Shown here: piece by piece, positions 51,026 through 63,314 of the stretch
Layout of the letters: each line of letters opens with the position of its first letter
Position numbering within the stretch: position 1 is the stretch's first letter
NCBI GenBank assembly: GCA_950097015.1
Contig: CATNEN010000007.1
Location: 11,222,001 to 11,286,000, forward strand
Origin: Macrostomum hystrix
Taxonomy: Eukaryota; Animalia; Platyhelminthes
Reading direction: 5' to 3'
DNA: 64,000 nt
Made by a program: the position numbers and the translations under genes
Notes under the pieces: generated by a model
Database searches by the model: none
Seen by the model: only the letters and a program-made list of their open reading frames with translations
Told to the model about the DNA's origin: nothing

Positions 51026-51955
51026 TCATTTGCCCCGCACGGTGGCCAGCAGGCGAGCAGCGCACGGCCGGCTGCAACCGATGACGTCGGCAGCCACGGT
51101 GTCGGCGGGCGCGTGGGCGGCCCTCGCAGCAGCCAGCAGGGCGTCGGCTTGGCGGCCACACGCGACAGGGTCGGCCTCGCGCAGACAGAGGCCAGCAGCG
51201 ACGCTGACGAAGGCGCGGTCGCAGGCGTCCGCAGGGATGCCGTAGTGGCCGGCGCAGGCGGCACAGAGTCGGTGGCTGTCGCAAAGGGCGGCCGCCTCGG
51301 CGTCCATCGCCAGGCCGAAGCGACGCCGCACCTGGGCGCAGTTGGCCAGCGGCGTGCCCGCCGGGAAGCAGGCGCCGCCCTCGGCCTCGGCCTCGACTTC
51401 ACCGTCGTCGTCGTGCTTGGCGAGCAGGCCAGCCAGGCGCTTGAGGTCTCGGTCCCGCCCGGCGTCCTCCGCCACGGCCGGTGGCGGCTCCACAGCAGTT
51501 GTCCGCTTCTCCGTCGGCGCGGCGGCGGCATCGGTGGCCTCAGCGGCTGCCTCGGCTGCAGCAGCGGCGGCGGCAGCTACCGAGCGCAGCTCGGCGTTTT
51601 CGGCGCGCAGCTGTCGCAGCTCGTCGGCCTGTCGTCGTAGCTCGCGTACGGCCGAGCGTCCGGCGCGTACCGCTTCGTTCAGGGCTTCGTCCAGCTCAAG
51701 GCGGCGCTGCAGGCCACCGAGCGCTGCCTCGCCAGCCAGCTCGGCGGAGGCTTCGGCGACAGCGGCAGCGGCCACCTTGGAGGACGCTTCGTGACCGCCA
51801 TCGGCGCGGCGGTGTAAGGCGATGTCACCGGAGTAGACGTCGTCAGAGTCGTCCTCGAAGTCGCTGGAGGCCATAGAGGTCGGAGCGAAGGCGCCCAGCA
51901 GCAGCATCAGCAGCAGCAACTGCTGCAGACAGAGCCAGCGTCCCTCAACAGCCAT
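51026..51955 (-). CDS. Secreted protein, 309 aa, single exon: signal peptide, Ala/Glu coiled coil and C-terminal Cys-rich PLA2 (conodipine-like) domain lacking the catalytic Asp
   Basis: Kozak-like ACCATGG and leader WLCLQQLLLLMLLLGAFAPTSMA; high GC3. CDSHRLCAAC..HYG...ACDRAF....LC.....C...A resembles the CxxHDxCYxC..CDxxF pattern. Confidence 0.8.
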   Translation of the reverse strand: MAVEGRWLCLQQLLLLMLLLGAFAPTSMASSDFEDDSDDVYSGDIALHRRADGGHEASSKVAAAAVAEASAELAGEAALGGLQRRLELDEALNEAVRAGRSAVRELRRQADELRQLRAENAELRSVAAAAAAAAEAAAEATDAAAAPTEKRTTAVEPPPAVAEDAGRDRDLKRLAGLLAKHDDDGEVEAEAEGGACFPAGTPLANCAQVRRRFGLAMDAEAAALCDSHRLCAACAGHYGIPADACDRAFVSVAAGLCLREADPVACGRQADALLAAARAAHAPADTVAADVIGCSRPCAARLLATVRGK

Positions 51956-53369
51956 GGTCTGTGCTCTCGGTTTCCCAACTCACGTCCTGCTCAAGTCCGC
52001 TGAATCTTCTCTCCGTCTCTCTGCCCAATTGTGGAATAAGCGGACCGATCAGAAACTGGGCGGGAGGGTGGCGAGAAGGCGAGCCGGCGGCAGTTTGTTT
52101 ATCCCCGGCAGTTTCCACCCTCCCACCCCTTAGCCTTCCCCTCTCCTCCATCCGGCCAATGAGGTTTGCTCTCGGCACTGCACTGTGGGGATTGGCACCT
52201 GCTTCTTGATATGGGCAGAAGGTGTCAGCAGGCGAGTGGGCAGCCAGATAGAGCGGAGGGGATCTGAGAGAGCTGTGAGGAGTTGAGAATGATGCATGTT
52301 TGCTATGCAGAGACAGAGGAAGCGTCCCCGGCCTCTCCAGCTTTTGTTTCCCTTCCGTGAGCAGAGAATAGATAGATAAGCACTGATGCAATGGGGAGCG
52401 AATCGTGAGGACTGGGAACTACTCAGCAGAAGCACCTGGTGCGATGGGAAAATTTAAGAACGGAGGGGATTAAACTGTGCCTCATAAGCCGCTGTTTTTC
52501 CTCATTTGTTCAAATTTAACAGAATTTCCCCTAATCGACTGGCTGTTGGGATCGCCCATGGTGACGCGGGTGCACGTATGCAGCTCGCACTGGCGCCTCC
52601 GGTTCTCCGCGCCCCGCTCTTCCACAGCTCTCGCCCTGTCCCGCCGGCTTAGCGACTGTCAATCAAAAAATTTATTATGCATTCCGTCAGAGCAGTTTTG
52701 TCGCCTCGAAGATGCGAGAATACTGACTGAGTCCACTGCCTGAGCTGCCTTGAGTCCACTTGGCACTTTTCGGGGCCGCAAGACGGGAGAGAGCGAGCGA
52801 GAGTTTGAGAAAGGGACATGGGGAGGCCGGGCCATGTTAGCTATCGCAGCAACATGCAAACTCCATCCAGCTGGGGCTGGGGACACGCTGCGGTTGGCAT
52901 GGAAACCTAATATATCAATTGGTTTGGTGAGCGATGTAACAGGGGGGAACTCAGCGGAGCAGGCTCGGATAGCACGGGAGTTTCTGTTGAGAAGGTCTGA
53001 ACGACGGGCGACGCTGACACGTGGTTGAGAGGCAGTCAAGCAGCAGCAGCAGCAGAGCTGCACTCAAGCTCGCAACTGAGGCCACATTTTGTTCCTTAAC
53101 AGGCTCTAATTTTTTATTTATTTTAATTATCTGCTATTAAGTATTTATGTGCTCAGAAAATATTAACACTAATAATATTGATAATTGATTATTATTATCG
53201 AGCCAGATATGCAGATGACAGCACAGTCACAGCCATTGCGCGGCGCATCTGAAGGCTGCGTACCGCTGTTCAGTCCATGGACCGAGGCACCCTCAATTAC
53301 CCCAGCTGATGCTAGGGTGAGCTGAACCAATGCAGAATTTAGTGTCTTTCTGAAGGACGCAAAATGTTC

Positions 53370-53670
53370 TCTTGAAGTCGGGAATCGAACCCCGACCTTC
53401 AAGTCGTGAGTAGGCATCAACCATGTGAAAACAGGCGCCTCACAAACAACAAGGCTACACTAGAATACTCGTAAACACATTTCAGTTCGATCATTGCGGC
53501 GTACTACCCCAGCTAATGCTGGAACTCATCATTCACAACTAGGTGAGATGAGGCAAAGGGAAAATTTAATGGGCCTTGCTAAGGCCGCCAATTTCCCCTT
53601 GGGCTGATAATCGAACCCGCGACCTCTCGCTCAGAAGCTCGGAGTTCTAACCACTGTAAGCTGCCAGCGA
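53370..53670 (-). mobile_element. Two tRNA-derived SINE head remnants
   Basis: Minus-strand B-boxes GGTTCGATTCC (about 53381-53391) and GGTTCGATT (about 53609-53617). The second is preceded by A-box-like GGCAGCTTACAGTGG at tRNA-like spacing; no intact cloverleaf. Confidence 0.5.
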
Positions 53671-53734
53671 TGTTTTATCAAGCATTTGCAGCAGCTGAGC
53701 AAGCTGAGCCCCGCTTTGATGTCCGGATTTCTGA

Positions 53735-53860
53735 GCGAAATCAATTGCTCAGCACTTAGCTACCAATTGAGTGTACTTTCGGCGCTTCTCCTCCTGCGAA
53801 ATCAATTGCTCAGCACTTAGCTACCAATTGAGTGTACTTTCGGCGCTTCTCCTCCTGCGA
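53735..53860. repeat. 61-bp direct duplication
   Basis: GCGAAATCAATTGCTCAGCACTTAGCTACCAATTGAGTGTACTTTCGGCGCTTCTCCTCCT, 2 copies. Confidence 0.9.
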
Positions 53861-54480
53861 GATCAGCAATGCGAAACTCCTCAGAGAGCGGCGGCTGCGG
53901 GAGACGCGCTTCCTCCTTGCTTCTGCTCCCAACTGGGCCCTGGCTCGCACCGGTGAGTCCATTGTGAGCAGTAATTCGATTGCGAACTCTGCCCCGCTAC
54001 TCTGGACAGATCTGAGCAGACTCACTCAGTCTTGCCCGCTTGAGTGAGCAGGCTTCATAGCCCCCACCCACCAGCCCGCCTAAGATTCCAGGCCGGCAAT
54101 CTCGGAGCTGCCACCCGCTGCCTGGCCAAGTCTCCGATCTCTCCCGCCCGCAGCGGGGATTTCAGAGGCCGGTCACACAGCGGGAAGAGTTTCCAGGCCA
54201 ACTCCCGCCTGCATCAATTATTTCCCTCATGCCAAAGACTTCAGTCCTCTCTGATTCTGCGAGACGCAACTCAGGAAATTCTGACTCAAGCCTGCTGTGC
54301 ACTTCTACGAGCGGCTGCCGGGCCCCGCTGAAGGCTGGATCTACCGGCGCTTCCGAGTCCTTTGATCTGAAATCAATGCCTTATGGCTGAGCAGAGCAAC
54401 GCATGTGAATATGAGCAGGGGTAAAACCTGAATATTTCAAGTCGAATTTCAAAATGGACTTGAAAGAAAATTTTTATCAA

Positions 54481-54622
54481 TCAGGTGACAGCTGAAGGAT
54501 TAGGAAAGAGTTCAGGTGACAGCTGAAGGATTAGGAAAGAGTTCAGGTGACAGCTGAAGGATTAGGAAAGAGTTCAGGTGACAGCTGAAGGATTAGGAAA
54601 GAGTTCAGGTGACAGCTGAAGG
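54481..54622. repeat. 31-bp tandem repeat, about 4.5 copies
   Basis: TCAGGTGACAGCTGAAGGATTAGGAAAGAGT. Confidence 0.93.
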
Positions 54623-55251
54623 CTCAGTTAAAATATCGTATGGCTCAGAACAGCAGTTTGCACAGGTTAATTAGTTATGACAATTATCAATTAACCATCT
54701 CACTAGTGCACGGTTCCCAGCACAAAACCCCAACACCCGAACTCAGAGCAGCAGAACTCAAGAACCTCTTACTCAAGAGGTTCAGAGGGGATTATAGTCC
54801 CACAAGCAGCAGCAGGGCCTAAGCTGCTAGACCTGTCAGCTAAAAACAATGGACACAGTTGACGAGCACGTGACACAGTCTGACATCGAAGTAAATTTGA
54901 TTCAATTTTGTTTTTAAGCACTTAAAGGAATTCTGTCAGAATCGGCTGAGGCAATCTACTTCTCTGATTTATTAAATAAATAAAAATCACAGAAAAATAT
55001 AATTCTGCTCAAGCAGGCTGCGAGAAGCTCAAATCCATTGATGAGAAGTCAAAAATAGAAATGAGAAAAAATCACTCGTCTGCTGCAGACAATAGCGGAC
55101 TCAAACGGAGATCAGTTTGAGGCCTAGCTCGAGTTCCCGTGACAGTCAGTGAGAATGTACTCTGAGCTATGAGCTCATTGACTCGTTCGAGGAATCATCA
55201 GACACGTGACTCTCAACTGGCCATCAGGTAGGTCAACGCAGCACGTTGTTT

Positions 55252-55730
55252 CTAACATGTTACAGCACATGCCTAACAGGTAGGTATACCGTGTCTAACA
55301 TGTTACAGCACATGCCTAACAGGTAGGTATACCGCGTCTAACATGTTACAGCACATGTCTAACACGTGCGTACACCGTGTCTAATATGTTACAGCACATG
55401 TCTAACACGTGGGTACACCGTGTCTAATATGTTACAGCACATGTCTAACACGTGGGTACACCGTGTCTAATATGTTACAGCACATGTCTAACACGTGGGT
55501 ACACCGTGTCTAATATGTTACAGCACATGTCTAACAGGCTGGTATACCGTGTCTAACATGTTACAGAACCATGTCTAACAGGTGGGTATACGTGACTCAC
55601 ATGTTACAGAAACATATCTAACAGCAGGGTATAGCGTGTCTAACATGCTACAGCACCATATCTAACATGTAGTAAAGTCTAACATGTTCCAGCACCATGT
55701 CAAACCGATAGTAACATTATGTCTAACCAC
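55252..55730. repeat. 43-bp minisatellite, decaying towards the 3' end
   Basis: TCTAATATGTTACAGCACATGTCTAACACGTGGGTACACCGTG. Confidence 0.9.
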
Positions 55731-56337
55731 TAACCCGAACAGTCTTTAGACTCAAACTCAATACTTCAAGACCGCAGGGTTCCTTGAGATAACGCCATTT
55801 AAGCAGTTTCAACAAAATCATGATCAAATCGAACCCAACTCCACGGCACATTGTGCCAAGGCTTCCATTCTAAGCCCAGCCCGACAATGACCCCAGCCTG
55901 TCATAAATCATAGCCGTGCCTTTGAAGAGCATCACCGCGTGCCGCTAATGAGGCCGCTGCGCCCAGGAGGTCCCAGCATTGTTGAGCAGTGAGGGACAAT
56001 GAAATAGAGCAGCAGGGCCCTGGATGCAGGGCGCCATCGTCATTCACAATAGTCGCGCTGAGAAGTGAGCTCTGGCATCCTTATTCATAAATTTTAGCTG
56101 CAAAAACCAACGGCTCGCAGGCCGAGGGTTTCCATTGCGCACGCTAGCAAAAGTACACCCAAGGCCGGGCCTGCCCATATTTGAGTTTCATTCTATTGAT
56201 GCTACTTGAAGTAGGCACAAGTGACTCGGGTGACATAATAGTGAAAACATGTACCCTGCAAAATGCGACTCTAACCTGACTTCGGGAACGCTTCATGCAC
56301 TGAAAACTAACAGCAGCACTGTACCACTGCTAAAAGT

Positions 56338-56882
56338 GCTTACACAGCACTGTACTGCAATTGTTTATGCTTACACAGCACTGTACTGCAATTGTTTATG
56401 CTTACACAGCACTGTACTGCAATTGTTTATGCTTACACAGCACTGTACTGCAGTTGCTTATGTTTACACATCACTGTACTGCAGTTGCTTATGTTTACAC
56501 AGCACTGTACTGCAGTTGCTTATGTTTACACAGCACTGTACTGCAGTTGCTTATGTTTACACAGCACTGTACTGCAGTTGCTTATGTTTACACAGCACTG
56601 TACTGCAGTTGCTTATGTTTACACAGCACTGTACTGCAATTGTTTATGCTTACACAGCACTGTACTGCAGTTGCTTATGTTTACACAGCACTGTACTGCA
56701 ATCATTTATGTTTACACAGCACTGTACTGCAGTTGCTTATGTTTACACAGCACTGTACTGCAATTGTTTATGCTTACACAGCACTGTACTGCAGTTGCTT
56801 ATGTTTACACAGCACTGTACTGCAGTTGCTTATGTTTACACAGCACTGTACTGCAGTTGCTTATGTTTACACATCACTGTAC
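56338..56882. repeat. 31-bp minisatellite, about 17 copies
   Basis: TTACACAGCACTGTACTGCAGTTGCTTATGT. Confidence 0.96.
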
Positions 56883-57553
56883 ACGCAATAAATAAACGAG
56901 GTTGCGAGGCACATCAGCTATCGCATAATTAGAATTAAGTAAACAGAATTGCATAGGACAAAATAAGATTTATATTTCAATTCGCCAACCCAATAATGCT
57001 ACTGTGGTCGATCATTTTCGTGATTGCTAAAATATACGCACGGGACTAAATACACGGGACGAAACGGAACAAGCCAATCTAACACAACAGAACAAATATG
57101 AGAATAGTAGAGCATAGTCACCTACTCAATTTATTATTATTAATACAAGCTAATTAAAATAACACATCGTGACGAAACATCAAGGTGGGCTGCGAACACA
57201 AACTGAACAGGGAGTGGGGCAGAAGCAGATAACAATTAGAGGATCTGGGTCTAATCTGATGACAATCCTGCAGGTAAAAACTGATACTAATGGAGCAAAA
57301 TGTTACTGAACAGATGCAGTAAGGAAAGCACATAAAACAAGTCATTAATATTGAGTAAATCCATCAATATGAATAAAATAATTCAACAGACGCTACAGGA
57401 AACCAACTCGGAAGGGATAAAAAGAGAACAGATAAGAGGGGATGGGGAAGTATGGGAAATGGAACTGGGTTGGGGAAGTGGGAGAGATGGGACTGTGAAG
57501 GCAAGAAGGAGAAGGCATATCAAAGCAATAAAAGGCTGGAGTTGGGATTTTGA

Positions 57554-58607
57554 AGCAAGGGGATATGGGATCAGATGGAACAGCGCTCAGCTCACAGACA
57601 GCAAGGGGATATGGGATCAGATGGAACAGCGCTCAGCTCACAGACAGCAAGGGGATATGGGATCAGATGGAGCAGCGCTCAGCTCACAGACAGCAAGGGG
57701 ATATGGGATCAGATGGAACAGCGCTCAGCTCGCAGACAGCAAGGGATATGGGATCAGATGGAACAGCGCTCAGCTCACAGACAGCAAGGGGATATGGGAT
57801 CAGATGGAACAGCGCTCAGCTCGCAGACAGCAAGGGATATGGGATCAGATGGAACAGCGCTCAGCTCGCAGACAGCAAGGGATATGGGATCAGATGGAAC
57901 AGCGCTCAGCTCGCAGACAGCAAGGGGATATGGGATCAGATGGAACAGCGCTCAGCTCACAGACAGCAAGGGGATATGGGATCAGATGGAACAGCGCTCA
58001 GCTCACAGACAGCAAGGGGATATGGGATCAGATGGAACAGCGCTCAGCTCACAGACAGCAAGGGGATATGGGATCAGATGGAACAGCGCTCAGCTCGCAG
58101 ACAGCAAGGGATATGGGATCAGATGGAACAGCGCTCAGCTCGCAGACAGCAAGGGATATGGGATCAGATGGAACAGCGCTCAGCTCGCAGACAGCAAGGG
58201 ATATGGGATCAGATGGAACAGCGCTCAGCTCGCAGACAGCAAGGGATATGGGATCAGATGGAACAGCGCTCAGCTCGCAGACAGCAAGGGATATGGGATC
58301 AGATGGAACAGCGCTCAGCTCGCAGACAGCAAGGGATATGGGATCAGATGGAACAGCGCTCAGCTCGCAGACAGCAAGGGATATGGGATCAGATGGAACA
58401 GCGCTCAGCTCGCAGACAGCAAGGGGATATGGGATCAGATGGAACAGCGCTCAGCTCACAGACAGCAAGGGGATATGGGATCAGATGGAACAGCGCTCAG
58501 CTCGCAGACAGCAAGGGGATATGGGATCAGATGGAACAGCGCTCAGCTCACAGACAGCAAGGGGATATGGGATCAGATGGAACAGCGCTCAGCTCGCAGA
58601 CAGCAAG
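57554..58607. repeat. 45/46-bp minisatellite, about 23 copies
   Basis: GCAAGG(G)GATATGGGATCAGATGGAACAGCGCTCAGCTC(A/G)CAGACA. Confidence 0.97.
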
Positions 58608-59230
58608 GAGTTAAACACAGAGTGGCAGGGTGCCACGAGTGATCTGAAAACTCTCTTGCTGAAGTTGGGTCTCGCGTGCGCTTTGAGTCCCAGCAGTTGC
58701 TGGGCAAAATCAGAAAGTGGGGATCTGGGGATGGGGACAAGGTAGGGCACGTGTGGAGACAGAGACGAGAAAGCAGATGGCAAGCAGGGGGCCGGGCAGT
58801 TAGGGCCCAGGTGGCGACTCTTCACACAGCTCATCGGACAGGCCGGAAATATCCCCTGTGTACAGGCAAGCAGCATCCCCAGCTTCAGGCGCGGCGGGCC
58901 GGGGGAAAAATAAGGGCAACGGAAAACTCCTCACGGCAGCAACAAAGAACAACAGCAGGCGCGGCAGCGCAGACAGGCGGAAAGCAGGGCATCATTGAAA
59001 CACAAAGCAATAGGAAGGACAAAACACTGAGACAGGTAGACAGTGAGGCAAATCACTGCACATGAAAACAGCAGAGCGACTGCATCAAAACATGCAAAAG
59101 TGCACAAACAAAACCTGCCCCAACGATCGAATGCTTTGAAAAAAAACGGCTCGATCTGCTAACTCAATTCCAGTGTCAGACAATCTACTAACAAGCAAGC
59201 AACTGCAGGATGCCAACCAATGAGCTGGCT

Positions 59231-59764
59231 CTATCCCTTGGCCTGGGCCGCCAGCCACTCCAGGCCGGCTGTGAGGCCCTCACCGCTGAGCGCGCAGCAG
59301 GCCTGAATGTGCCACGGGTTGGCGCGGATGCTGGTGAGGTCCAGAGCCTGGCTGATCTCGGCAGCTGACAGCCGGCCGTTGATGTCCTGCTTGTTGGCCA
59401 GCACCAGCAGGCGGGCTCGCTTCAGATGATCGGAGGCCAGCATCTTGTACAGCTCGTCCTTGATGACCGTCAGCCGCTGCCTGTCCGAGGAGTCGATGAC
59501 TAGGATGATGAAGTCGGTGCTCTGGTAGTAGGTCTCCCAGGTGGCCCGTATCGAGGTCTGGCCGCCCAGGTCCCACATCACGAAGTGGATGTTGCGCCAG
59601 CGCAGCTGTTCCACATTGGAGCCGATGGTTGGCGAGGTGTGCACGGCCTCACCAAGCACCAGCTGGTACAGCACTGTAGTCTTGCCGGCATTGTCTAGGC
59701 CCACCAGCAGTACTTTGTGCTCTTGGGTACCGAACAGGCTCCAAAGCCTTGCTATTATAAGCCC
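59231..59764 (-). CDS. ARL5: ADP-ribosylation factor-like GTPase 5; one exon encoding Gly2 to the stop, with Met1 supplied by splicing
   Basis: [56 protein letters not shown] and [18 protein letters not shown]. The acceptor CCATCTCCAG lies directly before the Gly2 codon at 59764. Confidence 0.93.
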   Translation of the reverse strand, partial: GLIIARLWSLFGTQEHKVLLVGLDNAGKTTVLYQLVLGEAVHTSPTIGSNVEQLRWRNIHFVMWDLGGQTSIRATWETYYQSTDFIILVIDSSDRQRLTVIKDELYKMLASDHLKRARLLVLANKQDINGRLSAAEISQALDLTSIRANPWHIQACCALSGEGLTAGLEWLAAQAKG

Positions 59765-62700
59765 CTGGAGATGGAATTGCTGCGAATTTTATGGCCACTT
59801 AGAACACAAATACACAGGATAAAATGTAGCTGAATGTAGCTTGCAGCAAGCTCAGATGTACAAGCCTCAAGCTAAGCAGCTAGAGCCCTCATGTGCAGGT
59901 CAGTGGTGTATCCAAGGAGGGGATGGGGAGATACATCCCCTGTAGGTATTTGTCAAATTTTTGCTCCAGATTTCTTAAGAGTGAATGAATTGCAGGGCCA
60001 AAACAAAATGTTTTGTATCAAAAGAAAATCCCCATTATGCGCCTTGTGCAGGTGCCAATTTCTTAGGGTTTGTTCATTAGAAAGGGCAGAAACAAAGGCA
60101 TACACATCTGTAATTTAAGTACCTACCTATATATAACTCATTACTTTGTTAACTAAATACAGAACAGAAATTGAGGCAAAAAACATTTATAAAACCTGTC
60201 CTTTTGCTAGCTATATAAAGAAAGGAAGGCCTAGAAAATCTAAAGGTTTTAAACAAACAAGTTTTGGGAACAAACTAAGACTATACAAGCCTAATAATAT
60301 TATTCTAATCCATTACAAGTTATAGTCACAATAGTTATATATAGATTGCTTAATACAAAAGTCATTCAGCACAAAAGCTAAATAGGTCTAATATTTAGCT
60401 TTAGTAACAAATTAGATTGTCATATTTTAAAATATAGCAGTTAACATTTTGCCTGAAGAAATAAGTAAAGAGTATTTCAAATAATAGCTAAATTGACCAA
60501 AGTTACTTCTAAAAAGTTTTGAAGTTAGTTCTCTTAGATAGAAATTTTATCTAGCTCACCTAAATCAGTGCCAGTGGCATAGCCATAGCTATAGTATGGC
60601 GTGTCTTAATAGCTAGTTCACTTACTTAAGACTTAATAGCTAGTAACTGTCTTAATAGCTAGGACCCACTTAATAGCTAGTTCATACACTAGAAAACTAA
60701 GTGTCTTATTTATATTATTTCAAGATTCAACTTTTTTTCAATGAAAAACTATAAAAATAGAAGTTGTTCTATGCCTAAGTAAGTTCCATACTTTTGGAAC
60801 CAGCTAATAGACCATAGTCTAGATTGGATAATGTAATATATGCCCAAGAATTTAGGTATTGGTAGTATTGATGTTTCCAACACAATTTTGCATGTATGGC
60901 TGGCATGCACTTTCCTTGCATTGAATTCTTGGTTTTCAAGACTTGGTGCTTAAGATAGGTTGGGGTATAACACATATGTAGTCAATAGTATTAGTAACAA
61001 GTATATTTCCAAAACTCTGCAGTTTTGTTCTTAACAAAAGAAAGCCAAAGTGAACACTGGTTTATTGACAATTTATCTTTTAACTTTCAAGTAAATGAGA
61101 AAAAAACATTTTTAGCATGCCCTCAAGTCTTCTAAATTTTTTCTGGCCTATACTATACCCAGAATGATCTATAGACAATGGCTAACAGGCTAAAATTCTA
61201 TAAACTTAATATATAGGAACTAGCTAACCTAGATACTACTAACAGACAACAGTTAAATGTTTTAAGAATTCTAGCTATGGCCCCTAGATATTATTAGCTA
61301 TAGTGCCATACTTACTTACTACTAGAATATTAATAATATACCATTGATTTGAAAAATCATATAGGCCTACCAATCACCAAAACATTTTTTACTTTTCATC
61401 TATTTAAAAGATAGACAATGAAGACAATAGTTTTGTTTGAATTTTAATCTACATTAGATTAGAGTGAGCTTGCTGCTTTCATGTTGCTAGGCATGTCAAA
61501 AATAATACAACTTTACAAGTCATTTGAGAATCAAGATTAGCTGATCAAAATTAAAGAAAATGTAATTTAGGCATTATACATTTGTTTTGGAAATACAAAT
61601 AAGGTTAGTTCTGAAAGTTGAAGCAATAGAGTTGGCTGTCTAGGCAAGAGATGAAAGAGTAATGCAGAAAAAATGCATTAACTAAGCTGCTGTGAATTTG
61701 CAAGAAACTGCATTTTTACTTAAAACTTTAATCTGGCGTAGTTTTATAGTTTTAGTTTTAGTTTTATATAGTTTTAGCATAGCTGACTATCGGCTAATCG
61801 GATCCAAATTATTAAGAAGCTGACGAAACTAGAGAGCAACTATTTATCTATTATCGGCTATTCAGTATCAGCTTCAGAATCAGCTTCTAGATTTTTAACA
61901 GTACCCGACCTTGTATAAACACGGGAAACATTTTATGATGAGTGACTGTGGAGCTATTTTTAGATGGGTCCGTCTAACTGACCATATTAGGAAAGACAAT
62001 AAAGTGCAAAATCTATCGTAATATTGGCAGAAAACTATTTTTTATGATTCCACATAAAATCAAAAAAAGAGCTCAAGACATAATTTACAGTCAGAGTAGT
62101 AGTTGTTTTAAACCGTTTTCTTTTGTAAGTCCATGTTTCAATTAATACTTTCTTACTTGATTCCTCGAAAACACCTTATCGAAACCGAGATGTTGCTGCT
62201 GCTCTAGGCAAGACTAGACTTGCCTAATTGCATAATATATTTTAATAGCGTAATCAGATACGTATTCATAGTTTCGTGTTTAGCATGCAGGAAAGCACTC
62301 CAGAAGTTATCTGTGTCCATCGAAAAATCTAATTGTCTGCATCTGTCTCGTTTATCAAGTTTTCTCTGTTTTAGTTTATAGGCTTAGGGCCTTATAATTT
62401 AAGAATTTAGATATATTGTTTTCAAACTTTAAAATCAGTTTAGAAAGCTTAAATGTTTCACACTCACAGGCACAGAATTCGTTAGGCCCTATACAGTACA
62501 GGCAGTAAAAAGTGTAGAAAAATATTAAAACTATGTAAAAGGATAGGTATGCTTTGGCTAGGGCACTTCTTAATGAAATCCCATGACTTAGACTATAATT
62601 CAAATGGCAATTTTTACAGTCTTTAATATTGATTTGTGGCAATTATAGCTTATTCATTTGAAGGTTAGGAAACAGACATGTTTGTATGTTCATTTTAAAT

Positions 62701-63314
62701 GTTTTTCTTTTAAATTTAATACTGTCAATAATACTATGTCTATGCTAAGTATTGTCCCAGCCTTGTCCTAATTTGTCAACTTTCTTTAACTTAGTTTGGA
62801 ACAACATACAAAACTCATATATTTAAAACCTGAAAACTGGTAAAAATGCATTGAGGAAAGCACTGAAAGTCATAATCAGGTAATATATTTGGAATATCAA
62901 ACTCCTAACTATTATATGTTTATAATGTTTTTATTTCTTTGAAATTAGTCACATCAGTAACAGCTACTTTAGCATTGGAATTAACCAAAGTTATGATGCA
63001 ATTAATTTACTTTTAGGTAGAAAATTTAAATTTAAGTTAACACTATTTAGCCAGCATTGAAAAAATCATGAGAAAACCAATAACATAGGAGGTACAAGAT
63101 TCAGATAGTGTGAGTTCACACAATAACTAAAACTTGAATTTTAATTCTTAATTTCACTTAATATAATAAGAATAGCAAATATAGGCTTTATCCTGAGTTG
63201 ATCTAGGCTTAATCTTGAGTTGATCTAGGCATAATCCTGAGTTGATCTATGCTTAATCCCAAGTTCATCCCATGAGCATTATGTCACCATGTAGTGGCCC
63301 TGGAATCCCCACAG

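Noticed and set aside
53600-53670. Functional tRNA gene
   Set aside because: Acceptor and anticodon stems do not pair properly; treated as a SINE remnant.
4865-58607. CRISPR-like arrays
   Set aside because: Head-to-tail repeats with no unique spacers, no cas genes and a eukaryotic context.
56249-58745. Long ORFs in all three frames
   Set aside because: 31-bp and 45/46-bp minisatellites.
59901-59945. hAT/MITE-like end CAGTGGTGTATCC
   Set aside because: No matching opposite TIR or TSD found.
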